IMG/VR virus record: IMGVR_UViG_3300035180_001778
Location: 1 to 64,000 of that record
DNA: 64,000 bases
Direction: 5' to 3' (one strand)
The position numbers and the translations under genes were made by a program. The notes beneath the pieces were generated by a model. That model was given only the letters and a program-made list of their open reading frames with translations. It had not been told where the DNA came from and did no database searches. Shown here piece after piece: positions 25,604 through 34,032 of the stretch. Numbering within the stretch: the stretch's first letter is position 1; the number at the start of each line of letters is the position of its first letter.

Positions 25604-26987
25604 AGAAGATGTGACGTTCCGAGATTTTCCGGATCTCGGCGAGGGTCGGCTGAACCAGGATCTTCCCGTTCTCGAAGACCGGGATGAGGGCGCTGTTCCG
25701 GCGCAAGCCCTGGACGGTCTTGTACTCGCCGTTCTCGTGTATGAGGTCGAGGAGCCCTGCCTTCGAGCGCTTGCCCTTGTCGGTGACGGGGTCCTTGAAG
25801 ACATCCCGGGGCTCGCCGTCGACCACGATGTTCGAGCACTTGTAGGCGAAGCGCTGGGTGTCGCGATTGACACCCTGAAGCAGAGCGCCACCCATGCCGA
25901 ATCCGATGTTCGAGGCGCTGTAGCCGTTGGCCATCATCACGTTGAGGATCTCGCGAATCGACTCCTCGTTCACGCCGTCGCCCTGGATCAGGCGGATGTA
26001 CTTCGGAAGGACCTTGAAGCCCTTGGTGTTGGTCGTCATCCCGACCTTGCGCTCCAAGATATGGAGACACTTGAGGATGACCTCCGAAGGATTGCCCGAG
26101 TCCGGCCGGATCACGAGGGTCGCGCCCGACTCCTTGATCTCCTCGCGGAGGGTGTCACCCCAGATGTTCTCGACCGTGTTGTAGAGGTCGTAGGAGTCGC
26201 TGACGCAGGCGAACATCTTGCCCGGCTTCGCGAACTGGTGAACCATGTTGCGGTAGGCGTCGATCTCGTTCGACTTGCCCCAGCTCGTGATCGTCGAGTG
26301 CTCCGACGCGGGGATCGAGAAGCCCGCCATCTTGTCCTTGTAGTAGAAGTTGGCGAAGCGGATGCCCTCGATGGTGTCCGAGCCGAGGAAGTTGACCAGG
26401 TGGCTCATGCCGCCGATGCCGGCCGATTCCCGCGAGCTGACGCCCCGGCTGCCGAAGTCGTGGAGCTTGAATCCGATCTCGCCGACCGGGTCATCCGAGG
26501 ACTTCACGAGGGCCTCGAAGATGATCTTCTTGATGAAGAACGACTGGGTGGCGACGGTGATCGGATACCAGAGGCGCACGAGCTGGTTCTCGATCCACGA
26601 GCCGACCCACGGAGCCTCGGAATCCGTCGACTCGACGGTCATGAGCACGTTGTGCGTCGGGACGAGCGTGCCTTCCGGAACCGCGTTGATCTTCACCGGG
26701 TAGAAGCCGCCCTTGGCCACCAGACGGTCCCAGGCGGCCTTGGGGAAGGGCTCACCATGGAGAGCGGCGAAGTCGGCCGCTTCGTTGACGTGGGCCTGCG
26801 TGAAGCCCTTGCTGAGGTACTCCTGGCACAGGTAGCTGAGGCCGAAGAACAGGGTCGAGCCGTAGCGGCCACCGCGCGACTCGAAGTAGTTGAACATGCG
26901 CGTCATGCCCGGCGGATATTGCAGCTCGGGGTGCGAGAGCTTGTAGCTGTCGGTGTCGAGGATCGGGTTCGTTTCGTACGTGGTCAT
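25602..26987 (-). CDS. nadV: Nicotinamide phosphoribosyltransferase
   Basis: TDSYKLSH, HDFGSRG, ASEHS, VSDSYD, IRPDSG, IQGDG, FGMGGALLQ..NRDT. Confidence 0.92.
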   Translation of the reverse strand: MTTYETNPILDTDSYKLSHPELQYPPGMTRMFNYFESRGGRYGSTLFFGLSYLCQEYLSKGFTQAHVNEAADFAALHGEPFPKAAWDRLVAKGGFYPVKINAVPEGTLVPTHNVLMTVESTDSEAPWVGSWIENQLVRLWYPITVATQSFFIKKIIFEALVKSSDDPVGEIGFKLHDFGSRGVSSRESAGIGGMSHLVNFLGSDTIEGIRFANFYYKDKMAGFSIPASEHSTITSWGKSNEIDAYRNMVHQFAKPGKMFACVSDSYDLYNTVENIWGDTLREEIKESGATLVIRPDSGNPSEVILKCLHILERKVGMTTNTKGFKVLPKYIRLIQGDGVNEESIREILNVMMANGYSASNIGFGMGGALLQGVNRDTQRFAYKCSNIVVDGEPRDVFKDPVTDKGKRSKAGLLDLIHENGEYKTVQGLRRNSALIPVFENGKILVQPTLAEIRKISERHIF

Positions 26988-26998
26988 GGGGGTCTCCA

Positions 26999-27715
26999 TC
27001 AAATCTCGAAGTTGAAACCTTCACGAACAGCTCGCTCGTAAGCAACGCTGTCGAATCTGTAGAGGGTTGCTCGTCGGTGCGGAACACCAACCTGGACACC
27101 CGCCTCTTTGAGGATGCCCATTGCCAGGATGCGCTTGCGGAAGTTCCGCTTGTCGAGCGTCCGATTGAGGATCAGCTCGTAGAGCGATTGCAGCTCCGTC
27201 AGAGAGAACTTCGGCGGAAGAAGGTTGAACCCGATGGGGGCATATCGAACCTTCGCCTGGAGCCTTGCCCAAGCATCCTTGAGAATCTTGTCGTGATCGA
27301 AAGCCTTGTACATCTGGAGGGCTTTCTCGATCGGCCACCACTTGGCCTCTGCCGCATCATCACCACCCTTGACCGGATGGTCTTCCAGGCGGACCAGAGC
27401 GTAGTAGGCGACCGAGATCACCCGGCCTCGCGGGTCTCTCCCGGGGGTTCCGTAGGTGCCGAGCTGCTCCAGAAAGCCCACTTGAGCCCCCGTCTCCTCG
27501 CTCAGCTCACGTTGCGCCGCTTCGTCCAGGGACTCGCCCTGATTCCCGGTATCCGAGGTCTCGACGAACCCGCCCGGAAGAGCCCACAACCCCTGAAAGG
27601 GATCGGAGCCACGGCGGATCAGGAGAACGTGCATCTCCTTGAGATGGTCTGCGACGCCGAAGACAACGCAGTCGACCGTGACGGACGGTCGGGGATATTC
27701 GTACGTGTGACTCAT
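26999..27715 (-). CDS. nrtR: NrtR-family Nudix-related transcriptional regulator
   Basis: TVDCVVF...WALPGGF Nudix domain plus wHTH: [11 protein letters not shown]...[10 protein letters not shown]...ATLYRF. Confidence 0.88.
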   Translation of the reverse strand: MSHTYEYPRPSVTVDCVVFGVADHLKEMHVLLIRRGSDPFQGLWALPGGFVETSDTGNQGESLDEAAQRELSEETGAQVGFLEQLGTYGTPGRDPRGRVISVAYYALVRLEDHPVKGGDDAAEAKWWPIEKALQMYKAFDHDKILKDAWARLQAKVRYAPIGFNLLPPKFSLTELQSLYELILNRTLDKRNFRKRILAMGILKEAGVQVGVPHRRATLYRFDSVAYERAVREGFNFEI

Positions 27716-27756
27716 GGTGTTTCTTCTACACCAACCATGGTGTGCTTTTCACACAA
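27715..27756. promoter_or_regulatory. Two tandem NrtR-operator-like palindromes overlapping the nrtR start and promoter
   Basis: TGGTGT-N7-ACACCA (27715-27733) and TGGTGT-N7-ACACAA (27738-27756). Confidence 0.65.
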
Positions 27757-27799
27757 ATCAACAGGCTGGCGGACGATTGTTGCTAACCCCTCGGAATCC

Positions 27800-27964
27800 C
27801 TAGCGGTTTTTCAGCTTCGGGGTGGGGTTCTTGCGGATCCACTGCGCGACGGCCTTGCACAGGCCGTCGTGAGACTTCGTCCCGAGCGGAATCTTGAGGG
27901 CTCGGGCAAGCCTGACGACGTTCGCGGGGTCCGCGTTGAAGAGGTCGTTGTAGTCGATCGTCAT
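27800..27964 (-). CDS. Small hypothetical protein
   Basis: MTIDYNDLFNADP...; class I promoter variant upstream. Confidence 0.6.
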   Translation of the reverse strand: MTIDYNDLFNADPANVVRLARALKIPLGTKSHDGLCKAVAQWIRKNPTPKLKNR

Positions 27965-27975
27965 GGCGGGGAGCA

Positions 27976-28003
27976 ATACAGCTCGACCCTTCCGCGGATC
28001 AAC
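27976..28003 (-). promoter_or_regulatory. Class I promoter-like motif (TGTAT)
   Basis: N16; N11 to ATG 27964. Confidence 0.7.
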
Positions 28004-28509
28004 TACCAGAGACCTTTCGAGCGGAGAATTTCGGAGGTGTGTTCGATGCCCACATCGTAGGCACGGTAGAACGCATCAGCGTCCTCTTCAGACATCCTGG
28101 AGAGGGTCCCAGAGGGGTCGCAGAACAGGACCCGGCTTTGGACGTCTTCCCCCGAGACAAACCAGAAGCAGTCAATGACGAAGCAATCCATCGTCCCGAT
28201 GAAGGATTGCGTACCCAGCTCTTGGAGCCTGGCAAGGTCGTGTCGTATCTCTTGTCAGTGCTTCGGAGGATAGATCAGACAGGGAAGGAGGCCTGAAATC
28301 TCTTTCTCATGAGAAAAAGCAGAAATCTCCCACCAGAGCTGTTCGATGGCAAACCGGAGACCCTCTATCGTTGTGCCGAGCACGAGATGGGGTTTAGGCT
28401 CCAAACGAAGCCCTCGAAAGCACGAGATGGGTTCGATCTTGCCCGAGGTCCGAGGAGGAGTTGGGGACGGTGGGTGCAAGAGGTCCCACATTTCGTCGAT
28501 CTCGGCCAT
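28003..28509 (-). pseudogene. Hypothetical ORF interrupted by in-frame TGA (28255-28257)
   Basis: ...IYPPKH*QEIRHDLARLQELGTQSFIGTMDCF... is one frame. Confidence 0.55.
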
Positions 28510-28515
28510 GACTTC

Positions 28516-28713
28516 TCAGTCGTCTTCCATGAGGTGATCGTGCCAGGTTGCTTGCTTCGATGCCTCCTCCGGCACCTCGACAATCGTCCCCGAGAAGATA
28601 GAGCGCTGCAACCAGGGCTGCCGCACCAAGTCCTCTTCGGTGATGGTCGCCCCCTTGGCGAAGAGGATGGAGTTGCCTACCCCAAAGAAGTCCTTCATTG
28701 CACGGTATTTCAT
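28516..28713 (-). CDS. Tandem paralog 3 with tag (ATWHDHLMEDD)
   Basis: MKYRAMKDFF...; ATGA overlap. Confidence 0.75.
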   Translation of the reverse strand: MKYRAMKDFFGVGNSILFAKGATITEEDLVRQPWLQRSIFSGTIVEVPEEASKQATWHDHLMEDD

Positions 28714-28898
28714 AGGTCGTCCGCGAGCAAGCGCTCTTGCCAAGTAGGGGGCTCGGATGAGACAAGCCAACCCTGCTTGATAGCGTCCTCCAGATTGTAC
28801 TCTTTCACTTCCCAGTCCGACACGATGTCGTCCTTGTAGACCGTGATGTCGCCGAGCATCAGCGAGTAGTAGAATTCTTGGGTCGCCCTATACGGCAT
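28710..28898 (-). CDS. Tandem paralog 2 with tag (PTWQERLLADDL)
   Basis: MPYRATQEFY...GWLV. Confidence 0.75.
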   Translation of the reverse strand: MPYRATQEFYYSLMLGDITVYKDDIVSDWEVKEYNLEDAIKQGWLVSSEPPTWQERLLADDL

Positions 28899-28900
28899 GC

Positions 28901-29116
28901 TCAGATGATCTCGTCCGCGAGCAAATGGGCTTGCCAGGTAGGATATACTCCACGAGGGACTTCAGGGATTCCCACCAACCATCCCTGGTGAACAGCTCCT
29001 TGAAGTGCAGGATGTTCTCTGAACAGGTCATCAGAAATGATATCCCCTGCTCTGAATACTTGGTCTCTTCCAGGACCATGCTTTACCGTGAAGTTTCGGG
29101 TCGCGCGGTAGCTCAC
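28901..29116 (-). CDS. Tandem paralog 1 with tag (PTWQAHLLADEII)
   Basis: GTG start; MSYRATRNF...GWLV. Confidence 0.75.
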   Translation of the reverse strand: MSYRATRNFTVKHGPGRDQVFRAGDIISDDLFREHPALQGAVHQGWLVGIPEVPRGVYPTWQAHLLADEII

Positions 29117-29418
29117 GGAGCGACTCGGACGCACTTCCCGAAGATGGCTCCTCGGGTCACCCAGCCGTTGACGTGCCCTTTGTTGTTGGATATCTGGTAC
29201 TGGCGGTCGCGCACCGCGGAGATGAGGTGGACGTACTCGTTGCCCTTCACCTTGCAAAGGACGATGTCCCCCATCTCCAGGGGGGTCGCCATCAGCAGGG
29301 GCTCGATCGTCACGAGCTGGCCGCTCTCGATCTTCCCTGTCATCGAGTGGCCGTGAGGTCGAAATTGAACGACCTCACCCTTTTGAAGCTTCGCGATGTG
29401 GTGTGCTGCCCAGCCCAT
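29113..29418 (-). CDS. S24/S26 peptidase-like protein
   Basis: HGHSMTGKIESGQLV...GDIVLCKV...YVHLI. Confidence 0.7.
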   Translation of the reverse strand: MGWAAHHIAKLQKGEVVQFRPHGHSMTGKIESGQLVTIEPLLMATPLEMGDIVLCKVKGNEYVHLISAVRDRQYQISNNKGHVNGWVTRGAIFGKCVRVAP

Positions 29419-29421
29419 GAT

Positions 29422-29684
29422 CTAGCTCTCCAGAAGTTCTTGAAGCTTCTTCTTGGCAGCTTCCTGCCCCACCCCATAGTGCTTTTTGACGCAGGCCATA
29501 CAGCACTGTGTCTTCACCATCCCAGGGAGTATTTTGTGGAGGGTGTCGGGCCAGACGAAGGCGGGCCCCTGTTCTCAAGCTTTTGGAAGGCCGTGAACAG
29601 CTCGACGGCCACGGCTTCACCAATTCGGATGGCTAGCGCGGCGCCTCGGAGGCGTTTTTGATCTTCTGTGAGCTTCTTTGTCAC
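29422..29684 (-). CDS. Hypothetical protein with apparent frameshift
   Basis: GTG 9 nt from GGTGTA; +1 base near 29563-29569 joins ENRG to PAFVWPDTLHK...ELLES*. Confidence 0.55.
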
Positions 29685-29708
29685 GGTGGATCATACACCG
29701 AAATGACC

Positions 29709-30428
29709 TCAGCCAAAGGCCAGAGATTCGGCTGCCTCCCTGGCGCATCTCGCCAGGTCATCGAGCGTCCCATCGTTGACGATGACGACGTCAAAGTTTT
29801 CGTTGGGGATCGACATCTGCTCGACCTCGCTCGCGTGAAGCCCCGTCGCCCCCTTCAGCCCAGCCCCGGGCCGCACGACCCGAATGAGCTTCCCGCCGGC
29901 TTCCTTGATGGCGGTCATCTCGTTCTTGAATCGAACGTCGGAAATGGCCACCCCTTGGCCAAAGGTCGGGATCTCCAGAGCCGTCACGAGGCTGTAGAAG
30001 CCTGTCATCTGGTTGTACCCCACCAGATTCGGCCCGAGTAGCTTCCTGGCGTTCTGGATCGCGAGGTTCACCCAGGTGTTGTCGAAACATGCTCGACCCC
30101 ATTCGGTGCCGAGCATCTGGAGAGCGAATCGAGGCGTGAGGTGGCAAGGACCGCCTTCCTCGAATCCGTCGAGTTTCCCAGGCATGCCGCAGCAAGCGCA
30201 CTTGCTGTCCGTCGTCCAGGGGCCGTGCTTGCGGAGGTATCGCGTGTCCGGCTTGTTGCGGCTTGCCGAGGGACCCCAGAGCTGGTCCTCCGTGAAGTCG
30301 AAGACCTCTCGGCAGATCCTCTTGAGAGGATCCGCTAGGGCGATGGGAACGAAGTTGAGGTTGCGGAGGAAATTGGCAACGGTGTCTTTGCCAGAGCCCG
30401 CAAGACCAGAGATTCCGAGTAGCTTCAT
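29709..30428 (-). CDS. Deoxynucleoside monophosphate kinase
   Basis: GISGLAGSGKDT, LADPLK, TPRFALQMLGTEWGR, ISDVRFKNE. Confidence 0.88.
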   Translation of the reverse strand: MKLLGISGLAGSGKDTVANFLRNLNFVPIALADPLKRICREVFDFTEDQLWGPSASRNKPDTRYLRKHGPWTTDSKCACCGMPGKLDGFEEGGPCHLTPRFALQMLGTEWGRACFDNTWVNLAIQNARKLLGPNLVGYNQMTGFYSLVTALEIPTFGQGVAISDVRFKNEMTAIKEAGGKLIRVVRPGAGLKGATGLHASEVEQMSIPNENFDVVIVNDGTLDDLARCAREAAESLAFG

Positions 30429-30438
30429 GCCCCCCGGC

Positions 30439-30444
30439 TACACC
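30439..30444 (-). promoter_or_regulatory. Class II motif GGTGTA (representative)
   Basis: 10 nt before ATG 30428. Confidence 0.65.
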
Positions 30445-30450
30445 GAGACT

Positions 30451-30924
30451 TCAGCCGATATCGTCGTCGAGAAGAGCCTTGCTGAAAGGCGTCGACTCGG
30501 ATTTGAGAGAAGCGCGCAGCTTGGTGGTGGCATTCTTGGCCGCCCCCGGGCCCGCATCACGATCGAAGAGCCTCTCGTCGAACTCGTCGCCGCTGAGATC
30601 GGCCTTGATGGGCCGCCCCAGGAAGTAATCGATGTTGGACGACTGGGCGAGCTTCTCGGAGGCATTGGCCTCACTCGGAGAGATCCCAGCTTGAAGCCGC
30701 CCCAAACCGAGGGGTTGGGTGGCGTTGCACAGCGCCACCAAAACAGAAGCCTTGTTCAAACCTTTGATACTGATCATGGTGTGTCTTCCTGCCGTGTGGT
30801 CGGCGTCAGGCACCTCTTTGAAGGAGGTGCTTTGCATGTCCGGGTGGAACCTGCACTTCGGGCACATTCCGGTCTGATCCAGGAATTCCCCGCAGTCGTC
30901 ATCATGAAAGAGCTTCTTGGCCAT
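30451..30924 (-). CDS. Hypothetical protein with N-terminal Zn ribbon and tag (STPFSKALLDDDIG)
   Basis: ORF; GGTGTA 9 nt upstream. Confidence 0.75.
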   Translation of the reverse strand: MAKKLFHDDDCGEFLDQTGMCPKCRFHPDMQSTSFKEVPDADHTAGRHTMISIKGLNKASVLVALCNATQPLGLGRLQAGISPSEANASEKLAQSSNIDYFLGRPIKADLSGDEFDERLFDRDAGPGAAKNATTKLRASLKSESTPFSKALLDDDIG

Positions 30925-30946
30925 ACCAACAGGTACACCAAAAAGC

Positions 30947-31111
30947 TCAGCCGACGTAGATTTCGCTGGAGGGGGAGTCGTGGGACTCGGCGGGGGTGAA
31001 GTCGACTGAGTCCGCGGGGACTGCGTTCTTCGCCGCCACGACGAGTAGGATACGGACGACCCACTTGATAATGGGGGTCATCACGACGCGGGAGGAAATG
31101 GGGTCAGACAT
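30947..31111 (-). CDS. Small hydrophobic protein
   Basis: Class I promoter; GC3-rich 54-aa frame. Confidence 0.5.
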   Translation of the reverse strand: MSDPISSRVVMTPIIKWVVRILLVVAAKNAVPADSVDFTPAESHDSPSSEIYVG

Positions 31112-31140
31112 GGTCCCCCTTCTACAGAGGGACCATGTCT
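31106..31140. repeat. 12-bp inverted repeat with the TGTAG promoter core in its loop
   Basis: AGACATGGTCCC-ccttctacaga-GGGACCATGTCT. Confidence 0.9.
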
Positions 31141-31149
31141 CGGATCAAC
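31122..31149 (-). promoter_or_regulatory. Class I promoter-like motif
   Basis: N16; N10 to ATG 31111. Confidence 0.75.
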
Positions 31150-31151
31150 CC

Positions 31152-33722
31152 CTAGACGAGGACCTTTTCCTCTTCCTGCCCGACGATGAAGTCGACCTTG
31201 GAGCCGTCGACCGTCGTCATCGTCGCCAGGGTGCCGAGGAGGTTCCGGGGGTCCTTCTTCGTCGGGATCGTGAAGGCGACCGGGGTCGCGTACTCCGGCT
31301 CGGAGAACCAGACCTGCCCGACGATGATCGAGAAGACCATCTGAGCCTTCTCACGGAGCGCTGCCCGCGTCTCCTTGACCGTCTGGTCGGCCTGCCCCTC
31401 GATCCAGGCCGCGAAGAGCGTCTCCGGGTCCTTCGCCTTCGTGTAGACGTCGGACTTCTTGAAGGCTTCCACCTCCTTGACGACCTCCGCCATGAGAGCC
31501 GCCCCGCCGGCCATCTTGCCGTTCGCGGCGATCTTCTTGTTCAGCTCCGCCATGCTCGGGAGCGTGTCGAGCTTGCCCGTGGCTGCCTTGCCGGCCGCGA
31601 TCTTGTCCTTGGCGCCCTCCTCGTAGAGCATGACCGTGAGGATCCGGCTCATGTAGAAGTCGATCGGGTCGGCCGTCGTCACCTTCGGAGCGAAGCCGCC
31701 GGACTCCGTGAGTCCCAGCTCCTTGAGGAACTTCTCCGCGTGCTCGCCGTAGATGGCCACGAAGCCTTCCGACTTCTTCGCTCCCACCGTCTCGGTCTTG
31801 AAGGCCTTGTAGACCTTCTGCGCCGCCCGGAGCTTGGTGAGGCGGTACTCCAGCTCGAAGAGCTTGAGCGCCGAAGTCTCCTTCACCATCTGGCGGTTCA
31901 TCGTCGGCATCCCCTTCAGGATGATCGTGACGTCGACATCACCCGCCGTCGGGAAGCTCGTGGGCGGGTCCTTGAGCATGGCCATCGTGAAGCCCGCCGC
32001 GACCAGCTCGTCCAGGGTGGCCTTCGTCAGACGAACCGGAAGCTCGTCGGCGTTGCACCAGCCGTCCTTGATGGGGGCGTAGTTGCGGTAGCGGAAGGTG
32101 TCCATCACCTCGGGGATCTTGGCGATCTGGAGGAGCTTGTCCGCGTTCTCGCTGTCGTTTGCGGGGGTCGCCTTGCTGTCCGCGACGAGGCGAGCCATCT
32201 CCGCCTGGATCCGGTCCTTGAGAGCCACCTTGCCCTGACGCGTCGTCAGCACGGAGACGTTGGGGGTCTCCTCGTTGAAGACGAGGCTCGTCATCGGGAT
32301 CCCTTCCGGGACCGGGGTCGCCTCGAACTTGAGGGCCGGAGACTTCGAGTCCAGGATGGCCTGGATCTTCGCCTCGACGACGGCGATCTTCTCCTTGATC
32401 TGCTCGATGACCATCGAGGAGCGCTTGCCCTTCATGTCCGCACGGAGCACGTCGATCTCGGCGTTGTACTCCCCGACCTTCGCGGCCTCATCCACCGTGA
32501 GGTTCTCGGCGGAAGCGATCTTCGCGCGGCCGATCTTCGCGTAGCTCTTCTCGAACTCCTCGATCCGGAGCTTGTTTCCCGGGTTCTTGGTGAGGATCTC
32601 CAGGAGGCGGAAGACCGTGAAGGCGTCGTCCGCGGGGACGGCGTCGGGGTTGTAGCCCTTCTCGAACCGCCCGCGACCGAAGGCCGCCTCGCGAGCGAGC
32701 TTCTCGAAGTCGGAGTACTTCTCCTTGCCGAAGCAGGTCGAGAAGGCCTCGATGAGCTTGACGTCGCCGAGGGCCTTGAGGAGCGGGATCACGACCTCGC
32801 CCTTGAGGCGCACCGCGAAGAGGCTCAAGGCCGCGTAGGCGTTGTCGAGCCCCGTGTAGTCGCCCTTGACCTTGTCGTTGTTGTCCTTGGCGAGCTGCGT
32901 GAGCGAGAGGTGACGGGTTGCATCGCCCACCGCCGTGGCCGAGATGTACGAGATCGCCGTCACATCCTCGGGGACCGAGACGAAGCCGTTGGCGACCGAG
33001 AACGTGAGCAGGTCGTTGCCCTGGAAGCCGTACACGAGGCCCGCGACGGGCTCTCCGTCGAGCTTGACGTCGACACGCTTGCCGCCCGTGAGCTTGCGAC
33101 CCATGGTGGCCTCGAACTCCGGCTCGTAGGCTGCGAAGTTGGCCGCGAAGAGACGACGACCGTTGCCCACGGTGGCCATGTCGGTGAGGAGCGCGCGGTT
33201 GGCGTATCGACCGAACTCGACGACCGTGACGCTGTCCATCTTGGCGGACGCGAGCTTCATGGCATCGATGACCTGAGCCCGGCTGCCCTGGTTCTCGTCA
33301 CCGTCGCTGAGGAACCAGAACGAGTTGGCTCCCGGGTGCTTCGCCCCGACCCGATCACGCATGGCCGCGATCTCCTTCAGGGGGTCGATGAAACCCGTGT
33401 AGTTCGTGGCCCGGACCAGGCGATCGATGAGCGGGTAGACGGACTTGAAATCCGCCATCTTGACGCCCTCGCAGACCTTGTGGACCTCGCCACGGCTGGA
33501 GAAGACGACCATCGAGAGGGTGTCGTTGGGACCCATGATCGACGGGAGCTTCATCTTGACCTGGTTTCGCAGGTCGTCGATGGTCCCGTACATGCTGCCA
33601 GACCCGTCGATGCAGACGTAGTTGTTGACCGGCACGGGGGCCGCAACAGCCGGCGTGGCCGTGCTGACGGCGGCGAGAACGAGGAAGAGACTGGTGGTGA
33701 TTCGGAAAGATCGTGAGGGCAT
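31152..33722 (-). CDS. Large protein (856 aa) with N-terminal vWA domain
   Basis: CIDGSGSM MIDAS, TGFIDPL, FLSDGDEN; strong GC3 bias. Confidence 0.85.
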   Translation of the reverse strand: MPSRSFRITTSLFLVLAAVSTATPAVAAPVPVNNYVCIDGSGSMYGTIDDLRNQVKMKLPSIMGPNDTLSMVVFSSRGEVHKVCEGVKMADFKSVYPLIDRLVRATNYTGFIDPLKEIAAMRDRVGAKHPGANSFWFLSDGDENQGSRAQVIDAMKLASAKMDSVTVVEFGRYANRALLTDMATVGNGRRLFAANFAAYEPEFEATMGRKLTGGKRVDVKLDGEPVAGLVYGFQGNDLLTFSVANGFVSVPEDVTAISYISATAVGDATRHLSLTQLAKDNNDKVKGDYTGLDNAYAALSLFAVRLKGEVVIPLLKALGDVKLIEAFSTCFGKEKYSDFEKLAREAAFGRGRFEKGYNPDAVPADDAFTVFRLLEILTKNPGNKLRIEEFEKSYAKIGRAKIASAENLTVDEAAKVGEYNAEIDVLRADMKGKRSSMVIEQIKEKIAVVEAKIQAILDSKSPALKFEATPVPEGIPMTSLVFNEETPNVSVLTTRQGKVALKDRIQAEMARLVADSKATPANDSENADKLLQIAKIPEVMDTFRYRNYAPIKDGWCNADELPVRLTKATLDELVAAGFTMAMLKDPPTSFPTAGDVDVTIILKGMPTMNRQMVKETSALKLFELEYRLTKLRAAQKVYKAFKTETVGAKKSEGFVAIYGEHAEKFLKELGLTESGGFAPKVTTADPIDFYMSRILTVMLYEEGAKDKIAAGKAATGKLDTLPSMAELNKKIAANGKMAGGAALMAEVVKEVEAFKKSDVYTKAKDPETLFAAWIEGQADQTVKETRAALREKAQMVFSIIVGQVWFSEPEYATPVAFTIPTKKDPRNLLGTLATMTTVDGSKVDFIVGQEEEKVLV

Positions 33723-33748
33723 TTTCGTTGGTTTTCCTTCGGGGGTTA

Positions 33749-33997
33749 CTACACCGAAACGGGCTGAAAAATAGCCCGTAGTTGATCGAGAACGGCCGAA
33801 ACTTTGCGGGTCGTGGGGTAGAGGATGAAGTTCTCCCCCACCTTCTGAGACACCGTCATTTGCGTCCCCGTTCAAGGGACGCAAATGACGGTGTCGGTCA
33901 GGACGACCTCGCCGTCCAGCTCTTCGATGCCCTCGCTATGCGAGAGAACCGGGAGGGAGTTCTTCTTGAAGGACCGTGCAAGCTTGGCTGCTTTCAT
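33749..33997 (-). pseudogene. Promoter-driven hypothetical ORF split by a 47-bp hairpin
   Basis: MKAAKLARSF...TDTVICVP* then ...QKVGENFILYPTTRK...QPVSV*. Confidence 0.45.
33849..33895. repeat. Perfect inverted repeat, 20-bp arms and 7-nt loop
   Basis: GACACCGTCATTTGCGTCCC-cgttcaa-GGGACGCAAATGACGGTGTC. Confidence 0.95.
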
Positions 33998-34004
33998 GGC
34001 CACC

Positions 34005-34032
34005 ATACAGAGGTAGGAGCATAGGGATCAAC
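34005..34032 (-). promoter_or_regulatory. Class I promoter-like motif (TGTAT)
   Basis: N16; N7 to ATG 33997. Confidence 0.75.

Noticed and set aside
23393-28257. Stop-codon reassignment (alternative genetic code)
   Set aside because: Only two isolated in-frame stops, of different types; TAA, TAG and TGA all terminate well-formed genes elsewhere.
30996-33716. 906-aa plus-strand ORF
   Set aside because: In-register antisense shadow of the GC3-biased vWA gene; no motifs. The same applies to 11245-13242, 25512-27041, 24161-25159 and similar long opposite-strand ORFs.
33640-33722. Signal peptide on the large vWA protein (FLVLAAVSTATPAVAAP)
   Set aside because: The hydrophobic run could equally be a beta-strand and Ala/Pro linker before the vWA domain; the remainder looks cytoplasmic. 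Not called.
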